Shown: positions 51,501-64,000 of the stretch, piece after piece
Layout of the letters: each line of letters starts with the position of its first letter
Position numbering within the stretch: the stretch's first letter is position 1
Source of the DNA: Camelus ferus
Taxonomy: Eukaryota
Assembly (NCBI RefSeq): GCF_009834535.1
Contig: NC_045696.1
Location: 70,186,001-70,250,000, forward strand
Direction: 5' to 3'
DNA length: 64,000 nucleotides
Translations under genes and position numbers: made by a program
The notes under the pieces: model-generated
Database searches by the model: none
Told to the model about the DNA's origin: nothing
Seen by the model: only the letters and a program-made list of their open reading frames with translations

Positions 51501-54018
51501 TTCTACCAAACATTTAAAGAAGAGTTAACATCAGTCCTTCTCAAACTCTTCCAAAAAAAAACTGAAGAGGAGGGAACACTACCAAACTCATTTTATGAGG
51601 CCAGGATTACCCTCATTCTAAAATGAGACAAAGATAGTACAAGAAAACAACACACCAATATTCCCTGATAAATATTTGATGTAAAAATCCTCAACATATT
51701 ACTGGCAAACCAAATTCAACAACACATTAGAAGGATTACACCACATGACCAAAAGGGATTTATTCCTGGAAGGCAAAGTTGGTTCAACATATGAAAATCA
51801 ATTAATGTAATACATCACATTAACAGAATGAGGAACAAAATCCACATGATCCTCTCAATTGATGCAGAAAAAGCATTTGACAAAATTTAACACCCTTTCG
51901 TGATAAAAAAAATACTCCACAAACTTCAAAGGAAATTATCTCAACATAATGAAGGCCATATAAAAAAAGTCCATAGTTAACATCATAGTGGTGAAAACTG
52001 AAAGCTTTCCCTTTAAGATCAGAAACAAAGCAAGGATGCCCACTCTTGCCATTTCTATTCATCATAGTGCTAGAAGTCACAGAGCAATTAGGTATGAAAA
52101 AGAAATAAAATGTATCCAAATTGGAAAGGAAGAAGTAAAATTATCCCTGTTCACAGAAAACATGATCTTACATGTAGAAAACACTAAAGATCTCACACAC
52201 ACACACACAAATATTAGAACCAATAAATGAATTTAGCAAAGTTGCAGGATATAGAAACAACACATAAAACCACTAACAAGGAATAATACGAAAAGAATAT
52301 TAACTAAATCCAATTTACAACAGCATCAAAGAGAATAAAATACTTAGGAATAAACTTAATGAGGCAAAAGACTTGTACACTGAAAACTATAAAACACTGA
52401 TGAAAGAAATTAAAGAAGGCACAAATAAGTGGAAAGACATCCTTTGTTCATGGAGTGGAAGACTTAATATTGTTAAGATGTCCATACTACCCATAACAAT
52501 CTACAAATTAATGCAATCCTTATCAAAATCTCAATGGCATTTTTTGCAGGAATAGGAAAAAAAATTTTATATGGAATCTCAAAGGACCCTGAATAATCAA
52601 AACAATTTTGCAAAAGAAAATCAAAGCTTGAGGCTTCACATTTCCTGACTTCAAAATATATTACAAAGCTACATTAATCAAAACAGTACAGTACTGGTAT
52701 AAAGACAGACATTTACACCAATGGAAAAAAATAGAAAACCCCAAAATAAACACTCACTTACAGTCAAATTATCTTCAACAAGGGAGCCAAGGCTACACAA
52801 TGGGCAAGGGATAGTCTCTTCCACAAATAGTATAGAGAAAACTGGATATCCACAGGCAAAAGAATGACTTTGGACCCTTTACCTTATACCACATACAAAT
52901 ATTAACTCAAAATGAATTAAATACCTAAACATAAGACCTAAAACTATAAAACCTATAGAAGAAAACATAGGCAAAAAGTCGTGACATTTGATTTGGCAAT
53001 GATTTTCTGGATATGAGATCAAAAGTGCAGACAACAGAAGCAATGGGACTACATCAAACTAAAAAATTTCTGCACAGTAAAGGAAACAATCAACTGAGTG
53101 AAAAGGCAACCTACAGAATGGGAGAAAATCTGCAAACCATGTATCTAGCAAGGGGTTAATATCCAGAATATATAAAGAATGCCCTACAACAACAAAATAA
53201 TCTGATTTAAAAATGAGCAAAGAATTTGAATAGACATTTCTCCAAAGAAGATACACAAATGACCAGTAAACACATAAAAAGATTCTCAAATTTACTAATT
53301 ATCAGTGAAATGCAAATCAAAACTACTATGAGATAATACTTCACATCCAATAGGCTGGATGCTGCCCCCCTCATCCCCACCAAAAAGACCCCAGAAAATT
53401 AACAAGTGTTGGTGAGTGTATGGAGAAATTGGGACCAGTTGTGCACCATTGGTGGAATGATGTAAAATAATGCAGCCGCTCTGGAAAACAGTATAGAAGT
53501 GCCTCAAAAAAGAAAATAGACGAACTACAATATGATCCAGCAATCCCACTTCTGTGTATACAGCCAAAATAACAGAAAGCAGGATCTTGAAAAGACATTT
53601 GCACTTCCATGTTCACTGCACATTATTCACAGCAGCCAAGAGGGGAAAGCAGGCTAAATGTCCATCAATAGATGAATGGATAAAGAAAATACATACATAC
53701 AGTGAAATATTATTCAGCCTTAAAAAGAAGGAAATCCTGTCATATGCTACAACATGGGTAAATCTGGAGGGCATTATACTAGTGAAATAAGCCAGTCACC
53801 AAAAGATAAATACAGCATGATTCCACTTATATGAGGGATCTAGAGTAGTCATACTCTTAGAAACATAAAGTAGAATGATAGTTGCTGGGGTTAGGAGGAA
53901 GAAGAAAAGAGGAGTTGTATGGAGTTTCAGTTTTGCAAGATAAAAATGTTCTGGAGGTGTGCTGCACAATGTGCATACAGGTAACACTACAGTACTGCAC
54001 ACCTAAATGGTTAAGATG
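48533..54018 (+). mobile_element. Old L1 (L1MA/MB-type) with 5' end, large internal deletion and degraded ORF2
   Basis: caagatggc 5' end; ORF1 N-terminal remnant MKKKGNMAQ.. (50562-50813); ORF2 remnants 50815-53830 ([25 protein letters not shown] at the YADD position); 3'UTR to ~54018. Confidence 0.88.
48567..49893 (+). mobile_element. 5'-truncated young L1, same family as 13294-20386
   Basis: Highly similar to 19060-20386; A tail; TSD aata(a/g)gaagcccca (48553-48566 / 49894-49907). Confidence 0.95.
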
Positions 54019-54174
54019 TTGAGAGAGAGAAAACAGAGACAGAGATACACACACATAAGGAAGACGGCCATGTGGAGATGGAGGCAGAAATTAGAGTTAT
54101 GCTGCCACAAAGCAAGCAACACCAAAGATTGCCAGCAAATACCAGAAGCTAAGAGAAAGGCATGGAGCAGTGAA

Positions 54175-54630
54175 GCAGGAATGATGGAACTGGCTGTTGC
54201 TGAGATAAAAAACTAAAAAGAAGTTTGATAGAAGGGAAGATTAGGTGTTCAATTTTGAACATGTCAAGTTTCAAATGAATATTAGACATACAAATGGAAA
54301 AGTTAAGTTGGCAAATGTATATACAAGTCTGGAGTTCAGAGGAGAGGTCCAGGTTGGAGATAAACATTTTCTAATAAATATGGTATTAAAGCCCTTAGAA
54401 CAGATAAGATCGTTAGACAAATGAGTCTAGGTAGAAAAGAGATAAGGTCCTAGGATTGAGCTCTAGGGCACTCCAGTGTTTAGAGGTCAAGAAAATGAGA
54501 AGAAACCAACAGAGGAAGCCTAGAAGGAATAGTCAGAGAACTAGGAGGAAAGCCCAAAGGGTGTGATATTCTGGAGGCCAAATAAAGTATGTCCAGGAAA
54601 AGATAAGTGACTATGTCAATGCTGCACAAA
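54175..54630 (-). mobile_element. L2 fragment
   Basis: ttcaattttgaacatgtcaagtttc, gtctggagttcagaggagaggtc, aggattgagctctagggcactcca. Confidence 0.75.
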
Positions 54631-56979
54631 TTATTTAATGCCCACACATTCAATTTACTACATATACATGAATTTTGGAATATTTTAATATTTTATATTT
54701 ATATTTAATATTTCATTAAGGATATTGGATCAAAATTTCACTGATAATCTGGATTTATTTACTGAAAAGTATATCAAATATTGTTGTAGAATATATTAGT
54801 ATACACGTGTACATGTGTGTGTATATATATTAAATTTATTTTTTAATCTAGAACAGCATTTCCTGAAACCCTACTCCAAGGGTTACTACAATTTTATGAG
54901 CCAACAACGGTTCTGGCCACACATGGGTTTTGAAAATGCTAATTTGAACTATAAATTTCCAAAAAAGAATGCAATTATTTTCCAAACTTATGTCATTCTA
55001 GAACTCTTTGTTTTACAAAGTCTCCTTTAGCTGTGTCAGGCATTCTGAGTAACACATTTTGGGAATATCAAGTTAAAAGCCTGGAAATATTTTTTGTCCT
55101 CACTATAGCAAAATTTGTGTCAGCAAAGAAGTTGGGGGATATTTTTTTCTGCCACTTCAACACTTTTACTGAAAACAAGATCTTTCTGCTTCTACACCAC
55201 TTATGCCAGAAGATATGGTGACCTCTGCGTTATTTTTACACTGATAGTTCTGTCTGTTCTCAGGTTTTCTACTGTTACTCATCAAATGCCAAACTGAAGA
55301 GATGCTTGATTTCTTTAAAAATGAACATAAAGTTCCATCAAATAAGTAAAATAGTTAAAGGACATTCAATTAGCACTTTTTAAATTAGTTAGAATAATGT
55401 ATACTTAGAGATTAAATATAACCCCATTATCATTTAACTAGCAATATGTTATACATAAAGCTTTTGGTAAAATTACTTTCCCTTTATGCAAATCGCTCAT
55501 CTTAATGGTTCTGTGGTGTTCTTATTATGTCTTCTCATATTTTTTCCTTGAAAAATGTGGAACATAAATGATTTTTTTAAATCCACACTTTCATTATTTC
55601 CCTCAAAGTCTAATGTTCATTTAGTTCCCTTCTTTCAACCTGAAAAATGGGGCAGGGCAGATTTGACCTTCGAAAGTACGTTTACCTCCAAGTCAAAAAT
55701 AGGAAGGAGAAAGGTAAAAAAAAGAAAAAGTCAAATAAAAGTACATTCTGCCAGTGGAACACCACTTAGCTAAATATTGTCTTCTTTTGCCTCAAAATGC
55801 CAGCTTTGTTTAAGGAAGTACTGCAGATTACTGGAAGGTCTACAGTCCACCCCCACTCACACCCCCCACTTTATCTCCGGTCTGCAGGTTTCTCCACAAT
55901 TCTCAGCTTTGTTGTGTTTTCATTCATTTCATTTCTTTGTTTCAAAAGACAAAAAAAGACCAAATAGAATTAGGAGTATACATCCCATGAACACAAAGAC
56001 ATGTACTATTGTCTAATGTCCCACTTAACTCCACATGTACACAAGGCAGCTCTGATTTTGGTTATATACTGGTGAAAGATTTCTTAAAGTCTAATTCACC
56101 TGCTTAACTCCCAATCCTCCACCCCAATCCAGTAGTTGATTGTATAAAATCTTATTTCTTTTCCCCCCCTAGTTTTGTGAATATATAATTGACATAGAAC
56201 TTTATATTAGTTTAACTATACAATACAATTATTTGATATGTGCATATATTGCAAGACAAAAAACCTATTTCTAAGTCTCCAATTACTTATCTTAAAAGGA
56301 GGACACAACCATTGGAATCCCATACTACCTCATGAATAGAGTAGGAGAAATTAGAGTAACTGATATCCTGGTTGGTATCTTTGACAGCAGACTTTCAAAA
56401 ATATCCAATTACTAAGTTTGAGTCAAGCTTGGAAATGTCCTAAACACAAGAGAAGCAGAGGTTGATAGCCATGACTGTCACCTCTCAGACATAGCAGAGG
56501 CTTTATTATGGATAGACTGTGCATGTTTTATACCAATAGGAAATTTCCTAATAAATACAGCAAGTTTTTTTTTAAGAGTAACCCCACAAGTTCTTAGTTA
56601 AAATCAAATAGGTTTTCTGGGTTTCTATGTAAGAATCAAATGCCTGTGACCTGTGCCACAGAATAAAGTCTACAATTCGAGTTCAATTATCACTTCCCTG
56701 CAAGCTAACTCTTTAATGAGTCAAATTTACAATCTGCTTTTAGTCACTATGGAGGACTTTACCTAGTTTAATGCTACTATCATATTCTCTTTGTTTTGTT
56801 CTCTTCATCCCATTGTACTATATGCATTTTTAGAAGCCACTTCAAATATTTTTTAGAATAAAACAAGCTATAAATAAATTTAATTAACTTATCTTTTGAA
56901 ATCATTCAAAAATACTAAGATCATATAATTCGGTTTATAGGTCTCATTGTCCCAAATGTGTACCCCTGTGAATACCAGT

Positions 56980-57350
56980 TAAATTCATCCACTTAATATG
57001 TTCTAAGTGCCTATCATATGTAAGGCACTGTTCTAGGTGCTGGGGGAAACGTTGGTGAATAGGATGTCAGTCAGAGATAAGTACCATGGAGGAAAATAAA
57101 GCAGAGGAGAGGAATAGGAATACCATGGGGTGGTGGTGAGGTTACAATTTTTAATAAGATGTCAGAGAGACCCTCACTGAGGTGACATATCGTGACCTGA
57201 AGGATCTGAAGATGAGGGATTAAACCACATAGATATCTAAGGCAAGAGCATTCTAGGCACAGAGAATATCAAGCACAAAGTTCCTGAAGTAGAAGCAAGC
57301 TTTGCATTTTGAGGATCAGCTGGGAGACCAGAGTGGCTGGGACTGACTAT
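56980..57350 (-). mobile_element. L2 3' fragment
   Basis: aagtgcctatcatatgtaaggcactgttctaggtgctgggg, gagcattctaggcacagagaa. Confidence 0.75.
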
Positions 57351-57368
57351 TAAGAGATAATAGGAAGA

Positions 57369-58425
57369 TAACTAAAATAATATTTACTCTTACCATGTGG
57401 GATGCATTGTGAAATTTTCTGCGTACTTTTTTTTTTTAAATGCTGATCACAACTTAGTAAAGCACTAAAGAATTAGTTCCTCACCAATGAATTGTAATAT
57501 ACAACCTTTGGAAGAGGAAGCCATTACCTACTGTTCATGGATACTATAAAAGTTATCTATTCCTAACTAATAATATCTCTTTTTAGGGAAACAGTTGAGT
57601 AAGTTAATCCTTATGGTTTATCTTAAATCATTACAGATAAATTTGATTATTCAGAGAAAAGAAAAGTGGTACTTTCTCTTCTGGAGACCATCAAACTCCC
57701 AGTCATGCTAACTACATTCACTACAGCCTATCTCCACTGAGTCCTCAAACAATGCTTAACTAAGCAGGAGTTTTTTGTTTTTCATTAAGCCAGAAAATAA
57801 ATGTTAAAAAAAAATTTCAAGGAGAAACATTTAATACAATCTATTAGCATGAGGTTAAATCAAGCTTAAATGCTGTAACAGCCTGGGTGTGAGAGTAGAT
57901 GCTATTAGAATATTAAATAAAATACCCATCAGGCCCATAGGTTTTCTCTATGCAATTAAATAAAAAATAATCTCATTAATTAGACCAAAAGTCAAACTGC
58001 TATTAGCTGTTAATTCCTTTGTCACAAGTAGTAGTATAAAGTGAAAGGAAATACTGAGTCTCCTAGGAGTCCAAATGCACAAAAAGGCATTAGTACTAAA
58101 ATGCTACTCCTATATCAGCAATTGCAACTCACAGAGAGAAATGCGATTTATATTTAAAGACCAAGAATACAAATACAAACACACACATTTACACACACAT
58201 ATGTAACTAAAACAATATTTACTCTTATTATGTAGGATGCATTGTGAAATTTTCTGTTCTCTGTTCCTTCGTTAAAAAAAAAATGCTGGTCACGGGAAGG
58301 AGGGAGTAGGTGAGTACAGCTCAGTGGTAGAGCCTGTGCTTAGCATGTGCAAGGTCCTGGGTTCAATCCACAGTACCTCTATTAAAATAGATAAATTAAT
58401 TAAATGCTGGTCACAACTTAGTAAA
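57369..58425 (+). repeat. Dispersed direct duplication: 57369-57461 and 58204-58425 (second copy contains a SINE)
   Basis: Both copies read taactaaaa-aatatttactctta--atgt-ggatgcattgtgaaattttctg...aaatgctg-tcac/aacttagtaaa. Confidence 0.85.
58294..58401 (+). mobile_element. tRNA-Ala-derived SINE (Vic-1-like), short form
   Basis: agctcagtggtagagcctgtgcttagcatgtgcaaggtcctgggttcaatcc; TSD aaatgctggtcac (58281-58293 / 58402-58414). Confidence 0.9.
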
Positions 58426-58719
58426 CAAATTCTGCAAACCAGGTATGTGTTACAATACACAACTGCTCTAGAGCATCACCAATGCTAATTCACAATTTTA
58501 GGGAAATTTATAGTCTTCTCCTTATTAGAATTATACTAGTATTCTGTATACTCAAAGAAAAAAAATTAACATATCCTTCTTATCATGTATCCAACCTGGA
58601 CAGGTACATGCTTTCAGTGCACTTAAACCATCTACCTTCCCAGGCTTAAGAGCTGAGGGAATGGCTTGCAACTATGTAACAGAACCCTACGGTTGTACTG
58701 CACATTTTATGTAAAAGTC

Positions 58720-58930
58720 CTTTTTTTATGCATATTATTTCACTTGAGCCTCACAACAACCCTGTGAGGTAGGTGGGGAAAATGTTATCAGGTTTACTTT
58801 ACAGATGATGAAGTTAAGGTTCAGAGAGGTTACAAGGCTTTCCCAGTTATCAAATATCTAGTAATAGGCTGGGAGAATAAGAACCATGAACTCTTAGATT
58901 GAGGGCTCTTTTCTCCAAACTATGTAGCCT
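58720..58930 (-). mobile_element. MIR
   Basis: cctcacaacaaccctgtgaggtagg, ttttacagatgatgaagttaaggttcagagaggtt. Confidence 0.8.
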
Positions 58931-60029
58931 CTGAGAGCAAATCCAGCCTCAAATATTTTTACCATTTCATCCTCATTTTCTAATTGTTGACTCAAGTTTT
59001 TATAGCATACAACAAAAGACCTGATTCTAAACTTATCACGCCAAGTTTATGCTTCTCTACCAATGAAAACTTATGGCCACAGGACATATATTCTTTTGGA
59101 AAGCACTGATTCCTTGGCTCTAGTCTAAAGGAACATAAGCAATGTGAAAGACCCTAAAGGCAAAGGAAACTGAAGAGAAATCAGAGGAGAGGATATAAAA
59201 TGGAAGGTATTAATGGATTTTAGTCCCTTTAGGCTTTTATTTTTGTGAGAGGATTCAATGGAGGATGAGACTTGAGGCTTCTGAAGTGGATCTAAGTCTT
59301 GATGAAGTTATTCAAACTCAAATCTTGAATGTGTAATGATGGTAGGCCCCAGGGTCTTCAAAAACTTGTACTTGATGCTTTAAAACAAAATGCACAAAAA
59401 ATCTACTAGCAAGTCTAATAAATTTTTAAAGGGTTTTGAAAAACAATAACTCTTTTATCAGTAATTAATCAGATTGTTAGATACTATGCTGAAAAAACAA
59501 AAAAGGAAAACAAAATGAAATAAAGGAAAAGAAAAGGAACAAAAGAGATTTTTAAAAGATATACAGAATAGCTAAATATGTTCATTGGTTTGTCTCTTTG
59601 ATTAATATTCTTCACTTCAAATTGCATCTGAATTTAAAGTTCTTACAGAACCACCTTAGGCTGTGGTCAGATAAACTGATTTTATAATTTCCTGAATCTC
59701 TTTCATTGCCATCCATGATATATGATTGTCTTAAAGGGCTTTCAATCTTTGAAAGCATGGCCAAAATATTTGTTGGGTGAGACAATATAAAATGAAGTTG
59801 ATTTTGTAGGGTAAAGAAAGAAGCTGAACTAGGAATATTATGGTTTGAAAACACTTCAACAAGGGAGAAAAATTAACAAAGCCTTAGAATGGAAAAATTC
59901 AGAAAACCAGCAGGTTCAAATGAAAAACATAGTAAATCTGACTACTTTTGTGCTCATTCTAAATTATTTCTTTTAAGTGTTCCTATTTTATCTGCTCCAA
60001 GAAAAAATTAAGCTTTTAAAAATTAATAA

Positions 60030-60280
60030 TAATTAAGTTTTATTAAGTTCTGTACTTCGTGCCAGGCACTGCTCTAAGCATTTTAGGTAGATTAATTCAT
60101 TTAATCCTCAAAGCAATCCCATGAATTATATACTACTATTATCCCCAATTTACACATGAAGAAATTGAGGCACAGAGAAGTTAAGAAATTCAGGTAGTTT
60201 ACCTAGCTAGTAAATAGTGGAGTTAGGATTCAAACTCAAGCCCTCCAGCTCCAGAGCACCAACTTACACCCATTACTCTA
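60030..60280 (-). mobile_element. MIR
   Basis: gtgccaggcactgctctaagc, ttatccccaatttacacatgaagaaattgaggcacagagaagttaag, ggattcaaactc. Confidence 0.85.
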
Positions 60281-60764
60281 CGAAACTAGTTCCAGTGTAA
60301 CAAAATTTTCCAGGTCTAGGGTTTTCTTTATATCAGCAGTGTAACATGTCACAATCTTTCACTGCATATTCTGATTAGAAAGTATAGTGACTAATTTAAG
60401 TTTCCCAACAGTGGTAACATAGAATCAGTTTCAGAAGTCACTACTCAGAAGTGACATGCCATAGGAATGTCAAAGCAGTTTAAAAATAAAGCACACCACT
60501 AAAATATTACCAGTGGTAGAGGATGACAGGTGACTTTACTCTTTTGAGGGGAGATATATATATATATATTTTTTTTTCTATATCCTAGTTTTTGTAAAGA
60601 CATGGATTAATTATACAATTTTTTAAAAAGGTTTTAAAAGCACGTCATCACCATTTTTAGCATTAATATATATTAACTTACAAAAAATTATTAGATAAGT
60701 TTGTTCTTACTCTGTTTGAAGAGACAAAATTCAAGGTAGAGTAAGCTTTATGGTAACACTGAAA

Positions 60765-60980
60765 TAATAATAGCTGTTATTTACTTAGCATCTAATGTAT
60801 GCAAACTTTTTACATGTGTTATCTTTACTCTTCTGTAAATTCCTATTGTATGGATGAAGCGATTGAGGCTTAGAATGAATAACAAACTTAACATAACAGC
60901 TAGTAGATATTGGAGCCCAGATTCAAATCTGTCTTTACTGCTCTAGAGTCCTTGCTCTTCACACCACACAATGCAGCCTC
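60765..60980 (-). mobile_element. MIR (degenerate)
   Basis: ggatgaagcgattgaggcttag, cagctagtag, ggagcccagattcaaa. Confidence 0.65.
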
Positions 60981-61559
60981 TCCAAGTGGCAAAATATCTG
61001 TCTTTTGTTGTTAAACACACTGAAGAGACCTTTCTAAAATTCAGGTATTCTTAAACAGAAAATACTAAACATAAATTATTTAAGTTCAGTAAAGGTTATC
61101 ATTTTGAATATGCATTAACCCAGAGCTGTTTTCATTTAATCAAAAGAGCCTGGGTTGCTACAATTTTAAAGTTAGTTTTCCGGCTTTCTTTCTTCTTGTC
61201 CATTCTTGTCAACGTGCCTGCCTCGAACAAAAGCACTTGGGCCACTCAGAATTTATTGCTTCTAATATATTGTGGAGTCAGATACCAGTTAATTAAACCT
61301 GTTAGAACTGTGTCTAAAAATAAATGAACTGAGTAAGGACCTGAGAAAAGTATATAGATATGTGTCATAATTTGGGAGCTCAGGTAATTTTAAATTACCT
61401 GGTTATGGGCAAGTTGAAGTTGGCAGATAAATGGCCAGTGAGTAAATCAGCTCTAAGTATTTAAATACAGGGATAACAGAATATATACTCATATTGTAAT
61501 AAATCACTTCATTGCACTATAAAAATTTTTTTTGGATTTGAAAGGTACCTTAATAATAA

Positions 61560-61990
61560 TCTGGTACAATCTCCCATACAATGAGAAAACCCCCCTACGA
61601 TATTCTCAATGTTCAAACTCTGCTTAAGCAACCCTAATGACTTGGAGTTCACTGCCTCTCAACACAATCTGCTCCACTGTTGACTAGTTCTATCTGTACC
61701 TTCTCTCATTTAGAACTAATTTTAGCCTCAAATAACAGAGAACAAGTGTACTTCCCATGGAGTTTATCCAATTCTTCCAAAGTCTTCTATTTTTTAAACA
61801 AAATAGCCCCAGTGCCCTCCACCTAAGTCATCACAGTTGCCCTTTTATAGAATCAAAAATTGATTTAAAAACAATTCTCTTATTCTTCAAGGTATATCTA
61901 ATAATTAATACACAAAAACTGTTTTGTAGGTAATGGGTCTAGTTAATCCACTTTGGTCATACACAATGGAAATGCTAGGAAAGGCTTATG
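61560..61990 (-). mobile_element. CR1/L3 relic
   Basis: ctctgcttaagcaaccctaatgacttggagttcactgcctc, acagagaacaagt, aaacaaaatagccccagt. Confidence 0.5.
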
Positions 61991-62334
61991 GACCTAGCTC
62001 AATTCAAACTGAACAGCAATACACTTTTCAGTTCTCCCTTTTTCCCCCACCCAAAACAATACCACAAAACAGAACCTTAAAAGATACCCTTAACCATAAT
62101 CTCACATGTTACTAGATTTTATCCTTCTCATTCTCTGGGTTTTGTTTACCTTCATATCACTTGGGCCCTGTAAATGATCTCAAAACTTCCAAAATTCTTT
62201 AAACTGCTCTCACAAATACGAATTAGCTCATAACACGGCCAGCTCTCTGGACTTAAAATTCTGACTTTTTTTTTCTCTTGTGCTATCCAGATAGCTTTCC
62301 ATGTGGAACTTGTGGTTTTTGGGGGTGGGGGGAA

Positions 62335-62335
<1 letters not shown>

Positions 62336-62362
<27 letters not shown>
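62336..62362. repeat. (AT)n microsatellite
   Basis: Read directly from the sequence. Confidence 0.95.
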
Positions 62363-62366
<4 letters not shown>

Positions 62367-64000
62367 TTACACATTTAAACTATATACTGTAGTATATCTA
62401 TGTGCACACACATACACATACACATGCATCTTCCCTAATTTTATGTTCTCTACATGTAACTTTTGTGTTCATGTTCATCTTTCTTTCTATAAGTCACCTT
62501 TACCATATTCATCTTGACTCAGGAAAACACAATCTACCCTTGGATTCAATGTATTGCTATCTATTCCTTTAATAAGAATAAGGAGTCCCACTCTAGGCAT
62601 CCTGCCCAATGATTTCCCCTTTGTAGCCAGTAGTCATTAATCTCAAGGATCTCAAGAAGCAAAGCATTATTTAGCAGAAATGATTTTACACAGAATACTC
62701 TGCCAAGGTATGGTATAAAACACCTGACATCCCATACCTGTTCTATTCGATTAATCACGACTCAGCCCTTAGATTAGTGGCCTTCATTTTGATTTTTAAC
62801 AAGATACACAGTCATGTATTTTATATGATAGTGGCATCATATAGGTATATATCTTACACAGCCTATTCTCAAGCAAGTTTCCAATAAAATCCTTCTACTA
62901 ATAAAATGAAGATTACTATATCTTTAAATTTCTTGTATAACTCATTTTTCTGACCCACTATTATTATTTCAAATTTCCCCCAATGAAAGTGTGGAGAGAC
63001 AAAGATGGCTAGAGAAGTCACTGGAAATGTTTGCTGAGTTCCAAAGCAGATAATCAGCCAATTCAAAGTAATATTCTCAATACAGAATGAGATTATCCAT
63101 ACATATCTAAATGATCTTTCTGATTTCCTGGTTTTACTAACAGAGAGAACAAGCCATTCTTTGAAATGCCTTAAGCCAGTTCCAAACATCAAGAACAACG
63201 TGAAATAACAGCGGTAAGATTTGTTTAAAGAGTAGAGTCCCCAAATAATAATTAAAATCAAACAAAGCCCATCCCATTCAGTATTACTGAGAGGCTTAGA
63301 GGAACCAGGCCAATGCAATACTAACCTAGGTTTCAAACAAAGGTAATAGCATTCATATCACCTGGGGAGGTCAGCCACATGCTATAAATTGTACACGAGC
63401 ATTGAATTCAACAGCACTAAGTACTTTGTTTATGCACAAATCCTTATTATGAATAATAACCTAATATCAAGGTGAAAAACTGATTAAAATATCAGCAAAC
63501 CTTCCATGCAGCTCTGAAATAAGCTTAACTCACTTGTGTAACCCCGTTCCTTTTAAACAGGGCAAATAATCATAAGGACAAAAGTCCTAAGGAATAGCTG
63601 TGTGCTCCCATAATTACTGAATTAGCCTAAAGCCTTTGTTTCTTAGTATTATAAAAATAAAAACATGTTCACAGTAAAAAATTCAATCCACCAGAAAGAG
63701 AATACAGAAAAATCATGAGTCTTCTTCCTGCTCTAGACTTCTCATCTCATTCCTTAGGGGTACCCTTTCTGTCGCTAGTTGCTCATACAGATTTGAAGAA
63801 ATTTTGCATGTATATACAGAAATGTATGCTTCTAAAAATACAAATGAAAACATACCATACATACAGCTCTATACTGTTTTTCTCCATTAACAATGTATGT
63901 TAGAGATTCTTCCATATTTCCACCTAACTTCATTCTAAGAGTTAAAAAGTACTACATTGTATGAAGGAATTTATTTAACCAGGACTTTGTTAAGGGATGC

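Larger units (their letters stand above)
48333..54170 (+). mobile_element. MLT1B-like LTR split by L1 insertions (halves 48333-~48515 and ~54021-54170)
   Basis: Left half gtcctaaccc...atccaatatgactggagtccttataag continues as gaagacggccatgtggagatggaggcagaaatt...ccagaagctaagagaaaggcatgga. Confidence 0.8.

Noticed and set aside
59612..59854. 80-aa minus-strand ORF in unique sequence
   Set aside because: No recognisable homology; splice sites weak.
62869..63336. 155-aa minus-strand ORF
   Set aside because: Non-ATG start, no recognisable homology and no splice context; likely chance.

Overview
AT-rich, repeat-dense mammalian non-coding DNA (intronic or intergenic). No host protein-coding exon could be supported. 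Seven copies of a tRNA-Ala(AGC)-headed SINE resemble the camelid Vic-1 SINE, so a camelid genome is likely (inference). The main feature is a full-length ~7.1 kb LINE-1 (13294-20386, + strand). It has a perfect 15-bp TSD, a YY1 site, a CpG-rich 5'UTR, ORF1, a ~400-bp inter-ORF spacer and ORF2 (EN-RT-CCHC), and is disabled by 2 stops and 4 +1 frameshifts. A second complex (48333-54170) is a three-layer nest: MLT1 LTR > old, internally deleted L1 > young 5'-truncated L1. The rest is MIR, L2, CR1/L3, MLT1, Tigger and hAT relics. Most interesting observations: (i) a candidate intron that would remove exactly L1 ORF1, plus a strong-Kozak 75-codon spacer ORF overlapping the ORF2 AUG; (ii) a tailless tRNA-Glu(CTC) 5'-half retropseudogene with TSD inside a Tigger2 element; (iii) a dispersed local duplication that preserves a SINE empty site; (iv) a twin-priming L1 inversion. 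I found no evidence of a wholly new biological system. Repeat family names come from recalled consensus sequences and need RepeatMasker/Dfam confirmation.
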